Shown here piece after piece: positions 12,101 to 24,100 of a DNA stretch of 64,000 bases (position 1 is the stretch's first letter; each line of letters begins with the position of its first letter). This DNA comes from Okamejei kenojei (taxonomy: Eukaryota). The DNA is taken from NCBI GenBank assembly GCA_035221665.1, contig CM069140.1, positions 14,508,001 to 14,572,000 of the forward strand, written 5' to 3'. The notes under the pieces were generated by a model, which saw only the letters and a list, made by a program, of their open reading frames with translations, ran no database searches and was not told the origin of the DNA. The position numbers were made by a program, and so were the translations under genes.

Positions 12101-15100
12101 AACGGTTTTTTGCCTTTTGTTTTTAAACGTGAACCATCAAATAACTTGTGAAATATAGGATGAAATCTTAAGTGATTAGTGCGTGGAGGGGAAAAATGCA
12201 AGTCAGAATATGTAAAAATGTAAGCGTTACCGTGTAGCGTTTTGGCGAAGATACAAAAATACACACACACATACAAGATGAGACTTTTAATAGTATACTA
12301 GACCAAATGGGATCCGTTGGGCACCACCCCCAAAAGCGTCGGCGCTCACCTCAGTCAGTCACCCCCGGAGCTAATCATCCCCACAAGGAAAATAATGGAA
12401 TTTATGGAGGGAGTGGGGGGGCCGAGAAATCAGGGCGCTGTGGGTGGGATCCAGGAGGCGGAGTGTAGGGGGGTTGGGGACGGAGGATGTGGGATAGGGG
12501 AGAGGGATGTGTGGGCAGGGGGGTGTAAGTGAGGGAGAGGGGTGTCTGGGCGGGGAGTGTGTGGGGGGTATGTGGGGAGTGGGGGTGTGTGGGCGGGAAC
12601 AGGGTGTGTGGGTGGGCGAGGCGATGGTGTGTGTGGGCGGGGTGTGGGGAGAGGGGAGGAGAGGGGTGTGTGGGAGGGGCAGGGTATGGGGGTGATTATG
12701 GGTGGGGAAGGGTCTGTCTGGGCGGGCGGATGTGTGAGGATGAGTGGGGTGTGCGGGGAGGGAGAGAACTCGGAGAAAAGACGGGGAAGAGCCATGAGGG
12801 AGGTATCATGGGGAGGGGCTGGAGCTAGGAGGCGGTGCGATGGAGGTGTGGTCGGGACTCACAGCGGACGGCACCTGAGGCCGCGGATGGAGACCCGAGC
12901 GAGGCCTCATCTTCAGTATGACTGGGCCAGGCTAGTGGGGGCGCGTCCAGAACATTCCAGCATGGCTACCCCCCCCCCCCCCCCAACTTGGGAAGAATCA
13001 GTGGTTTGTGAAGTTTTGGGGAGGTGGAGAGGGCGGCGACCCCCTCGCCTTGCGGAGACATTGTGACGTCACTCGAAGCTGCTTGAAGAATCTGTGAGTG
13101 TTTTGAAAGGCCGTTTTGGCTTTTTTTTCAAACTTTAATGATGAATAACATTTTAAATATAGTATGAAGGGAACCTGTTTATTACGTCGACAAGGTTGAT
13201 ATGGGTAATAATCTGTAAAAATTTCAACTCTAGCACGTAGAGTTTTGATGAAGGTAGAATAACACATACGCTCACACATGTGCACACATACATACAAGAT
13301 GCGACGTTTAATTAGATATACATTCATTATCAGTCTTTAATGCTTTTGATATAATTTGTCACAATACTATGACAAGATTACCAGAGATTGATGTGTGTTT
13401 ATTAACAATTCAAACTGTATCAGGACCAGAGATGTCTTGCTGCAGTTATCACTGAGGCTAGATGAGAGCCCAAGTGTATTTTTGCCAAGGAGGAAGTGCA
13501 ATAAGGATTTACCAGAGTAAATCATGGGGATGAAAGACCTGCAAACAATAACCGATTTAGGGCTTGTAAGAACAAGAGGTACAAAGAACTACAAAGACCA
13601 GGTTTGGGGAATATTTTTCTGTAGCTGAACATTACAGAAACAGAGGACCCACTCTCAGGATATGAAATAAACAATTTAAAGAAACTTTATAAATAAAGGC
13701 CTGTGGAATCCTGTAGAAGAGAATTCCGTAGAAGGCCAAAAACAAAACATTAACTACACTCAAGAAAGAGTAGATCTATTTCTTAATGCTAAACAGATTA
13801 AGCGATACAAGGAAAGGGTATGGGGTATGAATCAGTAATGTGTTAATGGTGAGGCAAACACAAAACGACCTACAGCTACTTCTATTTTCTATGTCCGTGC
13901 ATGATAGATTTACAACTCCTTTAGCTAGTACGCTAAATTACAGGACTATTGCAAGAAAATGGCAGAGGTAACTGATCGACCAAGATCTTATTGATTGGTA
14001 ACGAGGTCCAAAATAGCCCTCCTACTTCAGCTCCTGCCAATATACAAAATATGGTCGACAGGATTCCATACCAATTCCAATCAAGCATAATCTTTGTACA
14101 AAGAATAAATTACAGAGCATAACAACCTTCTGGCGGCATCTATAAATTTGTATAATAAATGTTTGTATGATTACCCAAGTCTTTCCAGAGACAGCGATCT
14201 TTCCGCACAAGGAGATGATTCGCCTCAATATTTGCTTCCAGTTTCTGTATAACTTTGACCATCCCTTCAGATGTAAATAATCTGCAGGCTGCACGACGGA
14301 GATGGTTGAGTCTACATTTTGCAGTGTATGCCCTCAATGACATTTCTTCTTTAGTTGGTGCTGAAGAAACACTAATTTTGTGGTGCTGTGTCTCAGAACC
14401 CATGAATAATGTAGCAGTATTCACTGGAAGATAAAAGCCAACATATGCAGATTAACAGGATTGCATTACTTTTCCTCCACACTATTAAATGTCCATGAAG
14501 ATTTTTTTAATAAATTGAGCTTAATTGAATGTACAATTATGAAAATAAATGTAAATCTATAGATGGAATTTTTTTAATTTTTAATTTGCATTCTCGCAAG
14601 ATCAGTAAATTCTATATTTTGTTTCTTTCTCTCTCTCGCACTACTTTGATGTACTCAAGTACGGTAAGATTTGCCCGGATAGCATTCAAAGGTATTTCCA
14701 CTGTATCTCAGGATACATGGCAATAATTAACTAATAGCAATCTGAAAATGCAAAGACAGTGAATTACATGAGCAATAAAACATAGACTAGTGCATCAAGT
14801 GCACCTGAAACAACATTACAGAACATACCACGAGCAGCATATGGTAATTAACATAGTTCACCTCTGGAGGACTCAGTGTTCACTGCAAAGTCATCGGGAG
14901 TCAGAATAAAATTTAACCACCACTTGAATCCTCTTTCCTGCTTCTCTTTCCAACGTTCATCATAAAACATGTTTTTCGCAGCAAATGGCAGTGGATGTCT
15001 TGGAATAACTGAAACATACAAGTGACCATCTTAAATGCCTACCAGCAGAAATATGAAAGAAAATATTGTTTGAAAACCATAGAGGAATCCCAATATGTCT

Positions 15101-18100
15101 ACCTATGGTTATGAACAACAACAATGAATTAACATTAACATTAATACTTATGCCTAAAACACACATTTATAATTTAATCTCTTGTATGCATTTGCTAATT
15201 ACATTGTGAAAGATAACCCTCAGAGTGTGATGATGCTTCTTTAATACTCAGGTGCTTTACTTGTTATAGAATTATGGTTAATCTTTTAAGAAAATATATA
15301 TGAAGCAGGTACATTCTAATGGAATCAATACATGTCGCCAAAAGCCCGAGTCAAAGCCCATCATACAACTAGTTAAAATGCTATGTTGCCCAGTCAGTAG
15401 TAAATAAATCACCCTGTATTTAAGCTGTTTCTCAGTGCGAATTATTTAATGTACTGCATGGTACTTGTGATAAATGCTCTTTAATAACAGCAGCGTTTAA
15501 AATCAAGCAAACAAATCAGTTCAATGGACAGAATAATTTGAAAAATAAGAACACTTATTATCTCTAAACCCGCTAACTTGGTTTCGCAAGTTGTATTTTC
15601 AGACAAAGGTAACATCCCTGCGCTGATATGGTATTGATTCCAGTGATTTGACATCTTCACAGTTGAGCTTACAGGACTTGATATTACAATTCCTACCATA
15701 GTTAGCACCTTCTTAATATCTTGAGTGGGGGTAGGTGTAACAACTTCATTGGGGTCATCAGGTGGGCACCCTCCTTCCTTGGTGTTTTAGGCCCACGACA
15801 CCTCCAGAGGGCTCAACAGCAACACCTGGCATCCCAGGTGCGCTCCCCTCTGTTTTACCCCTCTTGGTGGTCATTTTGCAGCCCAGTTGTCCTTCCTCTT
15901 CAGCCAGAAGATACTTGATATGGACACCAGCTTGCAGCGATAATATGTACTCACTGGTGCACTTAACCAGTTAATTTCACCAACACCTACCTCTTGCAGG
16001 GTGTCAGAAATCAAATTTACTAGCTTAATTTGAAACATAACATTTCCAGATTATTCCCAGGTATAATAACAAACATTTTAAACACACAAATCTTTTTATT
16101 ATTACTTTAGAAAAATAAATTTGATGGATACAGTATATTCTCCACCAACATTCAGAATGCAAAAAAGAGTTAAAATATTTTACAAGGATTAAACATTTAA
16201 ACATGCTGCAAAATTGAACTATTTACTTACCAGTCTTAATCAATTTTCTGAAAGTTAATTGTGACTGTCGAACACCAGGCATAAGTTTACCACGGTTCAC
16301 TTGAGCAGTGAAAGACTTGACTTGAGAAACTGTAGAGTTCAGTAAATTGAGTATGTTATAATATATCCTACAACTTGAATTAACCGACAGGTCTTTATTT
16401 TTAACAAAGATTATACACACTATATACTGTAAATGTTACTTGTAATCATTTATACAGGTATGAACTTGATTAACAATTATAGTTGTTGATACACTATATA
16501 CATAACAGATGGGATAAATGTTTGACTTCCTTTGTTACTTCAACGAATTTTACTATGGTATGTACTTCATAGTCAATACAATGCAGTACTTTCATATTCT
16601 GTATTTCATTTTAATCATAAATTGCATCTTATGATTAATGTAATGATTACAAGACCTAATGCAAGGCCTCCTACTATAACCCATGGACTTGTCCGATTGT
16701 GCATAACTAAAATGTGGTCTGATAATGCAGTGATTCTTGATTAGCACGGATGTCAGAGGATGGACAAGGCAGGAGAATGAGGTTGGGAGAGATAGATCAG
16801 CCATGATTGAATGGCGGAGTAGACTTGATCAGCCGAACGGCCTAATTCTGCTCCTATCACTTATGTTCATGATTTGTACAGTACTGCTTTGAAATATCAT
16901 CACATTCAACAGAATAGGCTGTGTTTAATTTGGCTTTTTCAGCGGCTATTAATATTCTATTGGTGAGCAACAAGATTTCTAAATTAAACTAAAGGAATAA
17001 TGGCCACCAGTGAGTATTTTGCACTCAAACCAATTCTGCACAAACCAATCTTTATGGCCCTACAAAGATAAATTCACAACATTTAAACACAAACATAATG
17101 TACAGCTGCAAATTAGTGCATTTACATTAAATATACCGAGTGCTTCTGGTCACAAAAGCTTGAAGATTTGATTGTTCACAAATGCCATACTGGGCTCCAA
17201 AAATCAGTTCATGTACTGTTTTGTGCAGGGATGCAATAAACAAAAATTTTGTATGAGATTATCAAACATGTTGGTAATCTGCTCCTCTTAGTTTCAAACA
17301 TCACCTTCTCCATTTTATGCACAAACAAGACAGAATATATACATATTATAGTTTTCTTATTCGTTATTAATCTCCCATAATCCCTAAATTAAAAAAAGTA
17401 CTTTAAATTCATACCAGATTTTCTTTTCTGGATCCGTTTTCCTCCTCCGTTTGTGTATCTTGAAAATGTGTTTTTTACATTTGTCTTACTACTAGATTGT
17501 CCAACACACTTAGACTTTCTTTTATTGGTATCAATATCCTTTTCATATCCATTATTTGACAAATATTCTGAACATTTTCTTTGTCTGCTTGGAAGGGATG
17601 ACCTGTTAGCAATTTTAGTGCTTCTGTTGCCAGTTTTACTCTCAACACCAACAACAGACCTTGATTGAAAATGAGAGTTGACTTCCACAAAATGATCACA
17701 TGAAAATTTAACTTTGTTTTCCAACTCAGAGCGCACAGTACTTGTTATATCTGTAGTTGTCAAAACAGGGAGCATCTTGGTTTGAGCAGTGAACTGGTGT
17801 CCACATACCTGTGAATTCCGAGGGAGATCAGGGGTTTTAGAATTAACAAAAAAGGTTAATCTTAACTCAGCAGGTTTCAGTTCTTCTACATCTATAACAG
17901 GTGATTCAGGCTTTAACATAAACCATGGACTACTTTCCTGTAAAGAATTTCCAGATTTCAAATTTTCAATGGAGGAAGCTATGACAGACTTATCTTGACT
18001 TAACCAAGGCTGGTCCATTTGCATCCTTGCATCCTTCAGAAATTGATCTGGTGATAGGACTGATGACACAACAACTGGTTCAGCATCTTCATCAGGGATA

Positions 18101-21100
18101 TAACTGTTATTTACAAAAGAATCAGGGCTTAAAATTCTCCGTTTATTAACAGGAGTTTGAGGAGCAGAAGTGCAAAAACATTTTTGAGATGTTCTAGTAG
18201 AAGATAATTTTGCTGATTGACACTCCAAATTCAGGCTAGAATTCACAATCTCAGATGCACACAATTCATCAGGCATTTTCACAGCACCCAGCTTCATTGG
18301 AGATGATATCTCTTTACTTTTACAGACAGGGCAGATAGCAAATCTTGTAAGTGATTGTGGAGTACAATTTTCAAGTTCTTTTATTTGGCCTGGCGGTAGT
18401 ATTGGTGAGAGATGCATTATCTCATGATTGTCATACTCTAACGTGTCTGCAGGGTTACCAACTGGTCCAAAGTTTTCACATGCCTGAAGAGGTACTGGCA
18501 TATAATCTTTTTTCTGTGATATGATAATTGTCTTGCTGGCTATTGAAGAATTTCTTTTCTGTTTCAACCGGATAGTACTTTCCGAAACCTTCTTGTCTTT
18601 AATTGATTCCCATAGGCTTCTCTGCAAACAAGAATATATGGCTTCAAACTATTTTAATCAGACACGTTTCATTAATTAGAAGTATTCATATTGTACAATA
18701 AATGTATCAGAATTACAATAAGTCTTAGCACCATTTTTAGAAATAACGTAAAAATTTTACATCGAGCAGCACATCACAGGAACCGGCCCTTCAGTCCATT
18801 GCACCCACACAGACCGTGTTGCTAACTAATCAGGGCTCTCACTTAACATTTTTTCGCTGGTGCCAGCCGGGCAACCTAGGCAGCTTGTTAGGTTGCCAAA
18901 TGACAGTTTAAGTGGTCATTTAAGACAGCTTGCATGACGCTTGCGATCGTGTGCTCGGATGAAGTGCGTAGTTATCAGTCGGAATTATGCTCAATGAAGC
19001 ATTCACATATTATTTCTGCTTCAAATAAAGTCACAAACTAAACATATTCACCAATCAAGACATGATATATGCCACAATGACATGCAGCAAAATTACAATA
19101 CAGTATCTCAATTCTTTTTACGCATTGCAATGAATGCCATTTCTATTATTTCTTTCCACTTCCAAACAAAAATGTGGTTCGATTATGTGTCAACCTGTGT
19201 CAATAAATCCTGGACCATAGTAACATATATGATTAACCATGCACACTACAGATTGATGCAAGCATGTTATCTGTGAAGGACCGAAAATTATCATGACATC
19301 GCCATAGCATGGGTCTTTTCCTCTTGAATCTTCAATCATCAATCTCTGTTGTGCCCAATCACAGCAAGGTAAGTTGATAAATAATTTAATCGATCTGTTT
19401 GGCACCTTTGAAGGTAGACACACTAACAACATCAAGAGGGGAAAAATAAATACATAATATATCCCTTCTGCTCTAGGATTTTGTAATTTAAAAGAAATAA
19501 AGAGAATGGAAGTGTACTTTGATTTTCCTTTTCTTGTAACATACTTGTTACTGTATGATTAATATTACCTGACCAGACATATACCATACTTTTGAATGTA
19601 CATAGTACCTCTTTTACTCTGTGCCCACTAAGAAATGAGTCATGTAAGTAGGTATTGAATCACTCATGGAACTTGGCAAGTGTCAGGCCTCCTTGCCCTC
19701 ATCCCTCCTGAATGCACAAGCTGATGGCTGATTGGGGATCAAAGTCCTTGGTGTTACTGGCATGCAGCATGATGAGGGGCTGGTCCGTCACCTGGTCATC
19801 CTGGAGGGAACATCTGATGGTGGTCTTCAGCTGCTTCAGCCGGCTGAAGCCTTGCTCAGCCTCAGCTGAACTTGCCGGTATGGTAAGGACAAGGTCAAGG
19901 AGAGTGCAGATGTTGGGTAGATCTTCTGGTGTGGGACGTGAGGAACAACATGCTGTATCACAACAACCCTTTCAGCAACATGGCTGTTACTTGGCACTAC
20001 ACTGGAGCATCAAGGGCAGCTTCAATGCCCAAATTTGGGGGTGGGTTTCTGATGAAAAAGTGGTGGAGGACTGATAAGCAAGAGACAGAGACACAGAGAC
20101 AGAGATGGAGACAAAGACAGATAGAAAGACAGGGATAGACAGATCCATGGATAGGACGGGTTTGGAGGGATGTGGACCAAATGCGGGCAGGTGGCTTTGC
20201 AGATTCTCTCCCTTTCCCGGGGGTGAGGAATTTAAGAGCCTGTCCCACTTGGGCGACATTTTCAGCGACAGCCCGAAAAGAGGTTGTCGCGTTGTGATGC
20301 ATGTAGTGACGCACGGTGTCTCCCTGTCGCCCCAGGATTTTGGAATGTTCAAAATTTGGGTGTCTCACCATGTTGTACGCCCTGTCACATGGTAACATAT
20401 GCTGTCCTGTGGGTGATGCCCGGTTAGGGTTGGGATTAGGGACCACAGATGGGCTGTAAAATTCTTCAATCAATGCATGGATTTTAAGCGTTAATATATT
20501 AAAAATTAATACAATAAAATCAATTGTGCAAATGAAAAGATGCGTGAATCATTCCGTTTTATTTTGTATTGGTCCACTTCCAGATCCAAATCACCGTCTC
20601 TAACTTTTCACAGGGGATGTATTCATTGAGTGTAGACTGAACTCCCCTCCACCCCCCTGCCCCGCCCCATCCCTCCTTCTCCACTCCCCCGCTACCCTTC
20701 TCCCTTCCCCTCTCCCCCCTTTCCTCCTCCCCACCCGTCCCCTCACACCCCCTTCTCCCTCCCTTCTCCCATTTTCCAACCACATCTCCCCTCCCACTTT
20801 CCCCGACGCCCCTCCATTTGTGGACCCAGCCTGTGACAGCTAGATCTCACTAATTGTACTGCACAAAGTCTACCCCACATCATCTGTTTTAGAAACATTG
20901 ACTATGGGATAAATGCAGACTTTGGGAACAACACACCCCCACCTCCCCCCGCTTCAAAATGGATGGTGGGTATTTAGACTCAGTGGCAGGAGCAGGTGGG
21001 TGGCACTGGTACATTGACGGGACCCAGTTGAAAAGCCCGCTGCCTCTGGGGGTTTGGATAGACCATTGGAAGAGGGATCTGCCTCTGGGACAACTCGTGA

Positions 21101-24100
21101 CGAACAGTTTAGTTCCCATGCAGAATATTGGGGGTTCGAGTCCAACCCCTGAGGCCCCTGTGTCACATTTAGTTCAGAGATTCAGTGCCCTTCGGCCCGA
21201 GGTCGCACCTACCAGCGGTCACCTCCTGCACTCCAAAGGCGCACAGGTTTGTATAAATTGTCCCTTGCGTGGGATAGTGTGCGGGGGATCGCTGGTCGCA
21301 GGCTTGGTCCACAAATTGGGTGCGTCGGAGAAAGTGGAGCGGGGAGAAGGAAGAGGGAGGAAGGAAAGAAGGGGGGGAGAGGGGAGAAGGGTGGGGGGTG
21401 GAGAAGGAGGGATGGGGCAGGAGATGGGAAAGAAAGGGGGCGGAGGGGAGAGGGGAGTTCAGTCTACACTCACTGAATCCATCCCTGTGAAAAGTTAGAA
21501 ACGGTGATTGGATCTGGAAGCAGACAAATACATCTGTAAAACTGAACGATGCAGACATCTTTTCATTTTCACAATTGAATTTATTGTATTAATTTTAATA
21601 TATTAATGTTTAAAATCCATGCATTGAAGAATATTTTACAGTCCATCTGTGGTCCCTAACCCTAACCCACCCCAACCGGGCTTCACCCGCAGGAGAGCAT
21701 ACGTCAGCGTGTATGTCGTGCAACTCAGACAGCGGACGGCCTGATGCGAAATGTGCTGGCGTTTCTCAGAGAGCTCCTGTCTTATCCTTGTTCCCTGCCT
21801 TGCCCTGTGGAGTTGCTGCTCATTTGTGAACTACCGGCTCAGGCAGCGGATTGACGCTCGACACCGCTGCAAATTGTTCTGCTGCTGTCGTTCCCTTAAA
21901 GGGCCTGTCCCAATTTGCGATTTTTTTGCAACTGTGGAGCGTCAACGATGGTTTTACGGGCGTCAGCCACTGATGCTCTTGCAGTCGCCGAAAAAAATCG
22001 CAAAGTGGGACAGACCCTTTAAGGGAACAACAGCAACAGAACAATTTGCAGCGAAGTCGAGCGCCAATCCGCTGGTTCACAAACAAGCAGCAACTCCACA
22101 GGGCGAGGCAGGGAACAAGGATAAGGCAGGAACTCTCTGAGAAATGCCAGCACAGTTTGCATCAGGCCGTCCGCTGTCCACACCAGCCAAGCTTTCCTTC
22201 GTTTGCCAAGCCGGGCAAAATGACACGGCTTTTAGGTTGCCCGGCAGGACTTTAGGTGGCCATTGACAACCGTTAATTTCGAACCCTGCTAATCCCATCT
22301 GCCTGCATATGAGCAGTATACTCTACATACTCTACACATCTTAAACACTGCTATGGGGTGGAAGATAGCAACCTTCACGTGGTCCGCCCTGTTTCGACTA
22401 ATGCAATCAACTCGACGTGCACATACAGAAGATCAAATAGACAAGTCCTACAACTTTAGGCTGTACACGCCACACGAAAGAAGAAACACTGCTGTTATTT
22501 CTGTTTCCACGGCTTCCCATGGCAAAGCATTCCAGGCACCTGCCACTGTATTAAAAAAATTGATCTTCAAATTTATTTTAAACTTTCCCTCTCTCAACTT
22601 AAATCTATGCCCTCTAGTCTTTGACATATCCACCCTGGGAAAAGGTAGCTGACCAACTTCCCTATCTATCCCTCTCAATGTTATATATGTCTCCTGTCAC
22701 CCTCTGAATTTTCCAGAGAAAACAATTTAAATTCTGAAACCCAAAACTCTTCCATGCCACCTCACACTGAGACTTGAGTAGATTTTTACCATTATTGCCT
22801 TTGCCCCTTTATGTATCATCTGGATGGTGGCAGAAATCACTTTTGGTGAAGTCTGATGTGCCTGCATATGTATACTCTAATATATCAAAAAGTCAAAATT
22901 TCTCACATTTTGGAAAGTTTGTGTTTCAAATCAATACAAAACCTCATTCCATTGCATTCTGGTTATAATAAAACTAAGATGCGAAAGAATGCAATGTCCA
23001 ATGTCGACTATGAAAGAAAGGAAAAATAAAATCACCTTTTTTTTGGGTAGGTCTTCTGCCTTGCCCAAAAGAATGCAAAGTAGTTTTACACAACCAACAC
23101 GAAATGTCACTGTCTCCCGGACTCCTCCCGCTTCTACAGGTGTCCAAGTTATGGAAAGATAATATCTTTCTGCTGGCTGTGAAAGAAGATTGAATCACTT
23201 TTTTTTAAAATTACATTCTTGCAAAATTGAAACATTTGAGAGACAACAACCATAATGTCAGCACCCACATGCATAAATCCAATGACACTAAAGGAATGGC
23301 AATTCAATGGGCTCTATGGTGGATTGAGGAAGCCAGTTTTAGAGAAGTCATTATCTGTTCTGATTCTGCAGCTGCTCTTGAAACTTTAAGAGTAGGGAAA
23401 TCTAACACTCGTCCTGACATTTAAATTAAATCTTGAGTGTTTTCTCTAGAATTGGGTTTGCGTGTAACATCACTTTTTGCTAGGTTCCCGGGCATGCTGG
23501 GGTGAGGGGGAATGAGCAGGTGGACCTCATAGCAAAGGAGAGTTTAAGAAGAGAAAAATATATCCATGCATCATTGGGGAGAGTGGAACTGAGAGAAATA
23601 ATTAACGAGGGCTTAACAAAAGAATGGCAGAGAGGATGGGAAAAGGAAGTCAGGGGTAGACACTACTTTTCTGTACAAGCTGAAGTTAGAAAAATATGTT
23701 TCTGTACATCTCTGTCCCGTAGGGACTCAGTTAGACTGTGTAGATTGAGGTTGGGACATTGTGGGTTAAATTACTGTTTGCGCATTGTAGGGAAACATGT
23801 TTCTGGCTTGTGTGCATGTGGGACTAAGGAGACAGTTAAGCATGTTTTCCTAGAATGTAAAAAGTATAGGGTAGAAAGAAAGGCATTGTTTGCTAGACTG
23901 ACAGGACTTGGAGTTGAGGCTTTTTCTGGTTTATCTTTGTTTGGACACAGTGATAAACATCAGCTGATATCTAGGGCTGTTCTTCAATTCCTGCATGTTA
24001 CAGGACTGTATGTAAGAATTTAGTTCAAACTTTGACCTGTGGAAGGCAGTAAACACCTGTGGAGGGCAGTGTAGACGCTTAGCAGCGTCTACACTGCCGG

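Larger units (their letters stand above)
18831..22288 (-). mobile_element. Composite hAT element (3.46 kb) with transposase remnant and nested fold-back elements
   Basis: Ends CAGGGCTC / GAACCCTG; 5-bp TSD CTAAT splitting a CR1 tail; minus-strand remnant at 19700-19930. Confidence 0.75.

Noticed and set aside
12317-13066. Gly-rich and Pro-rich ORFs
   Set aside because: Low-complexity G-rich interior of a Helitron unit
15745-15800. Type II hammerhead-like arrangement (AAAACACC...GGTG-CC-CAC-CTGATGA) on minus strand
   Set aside because: Lacks GAAA and the UH cleavage dinucleotide; no credible stem I
19712-20074. 120-aa plus-strand ORF
   Set aside because: Shadow of the minus-strand hAT transposase remnant
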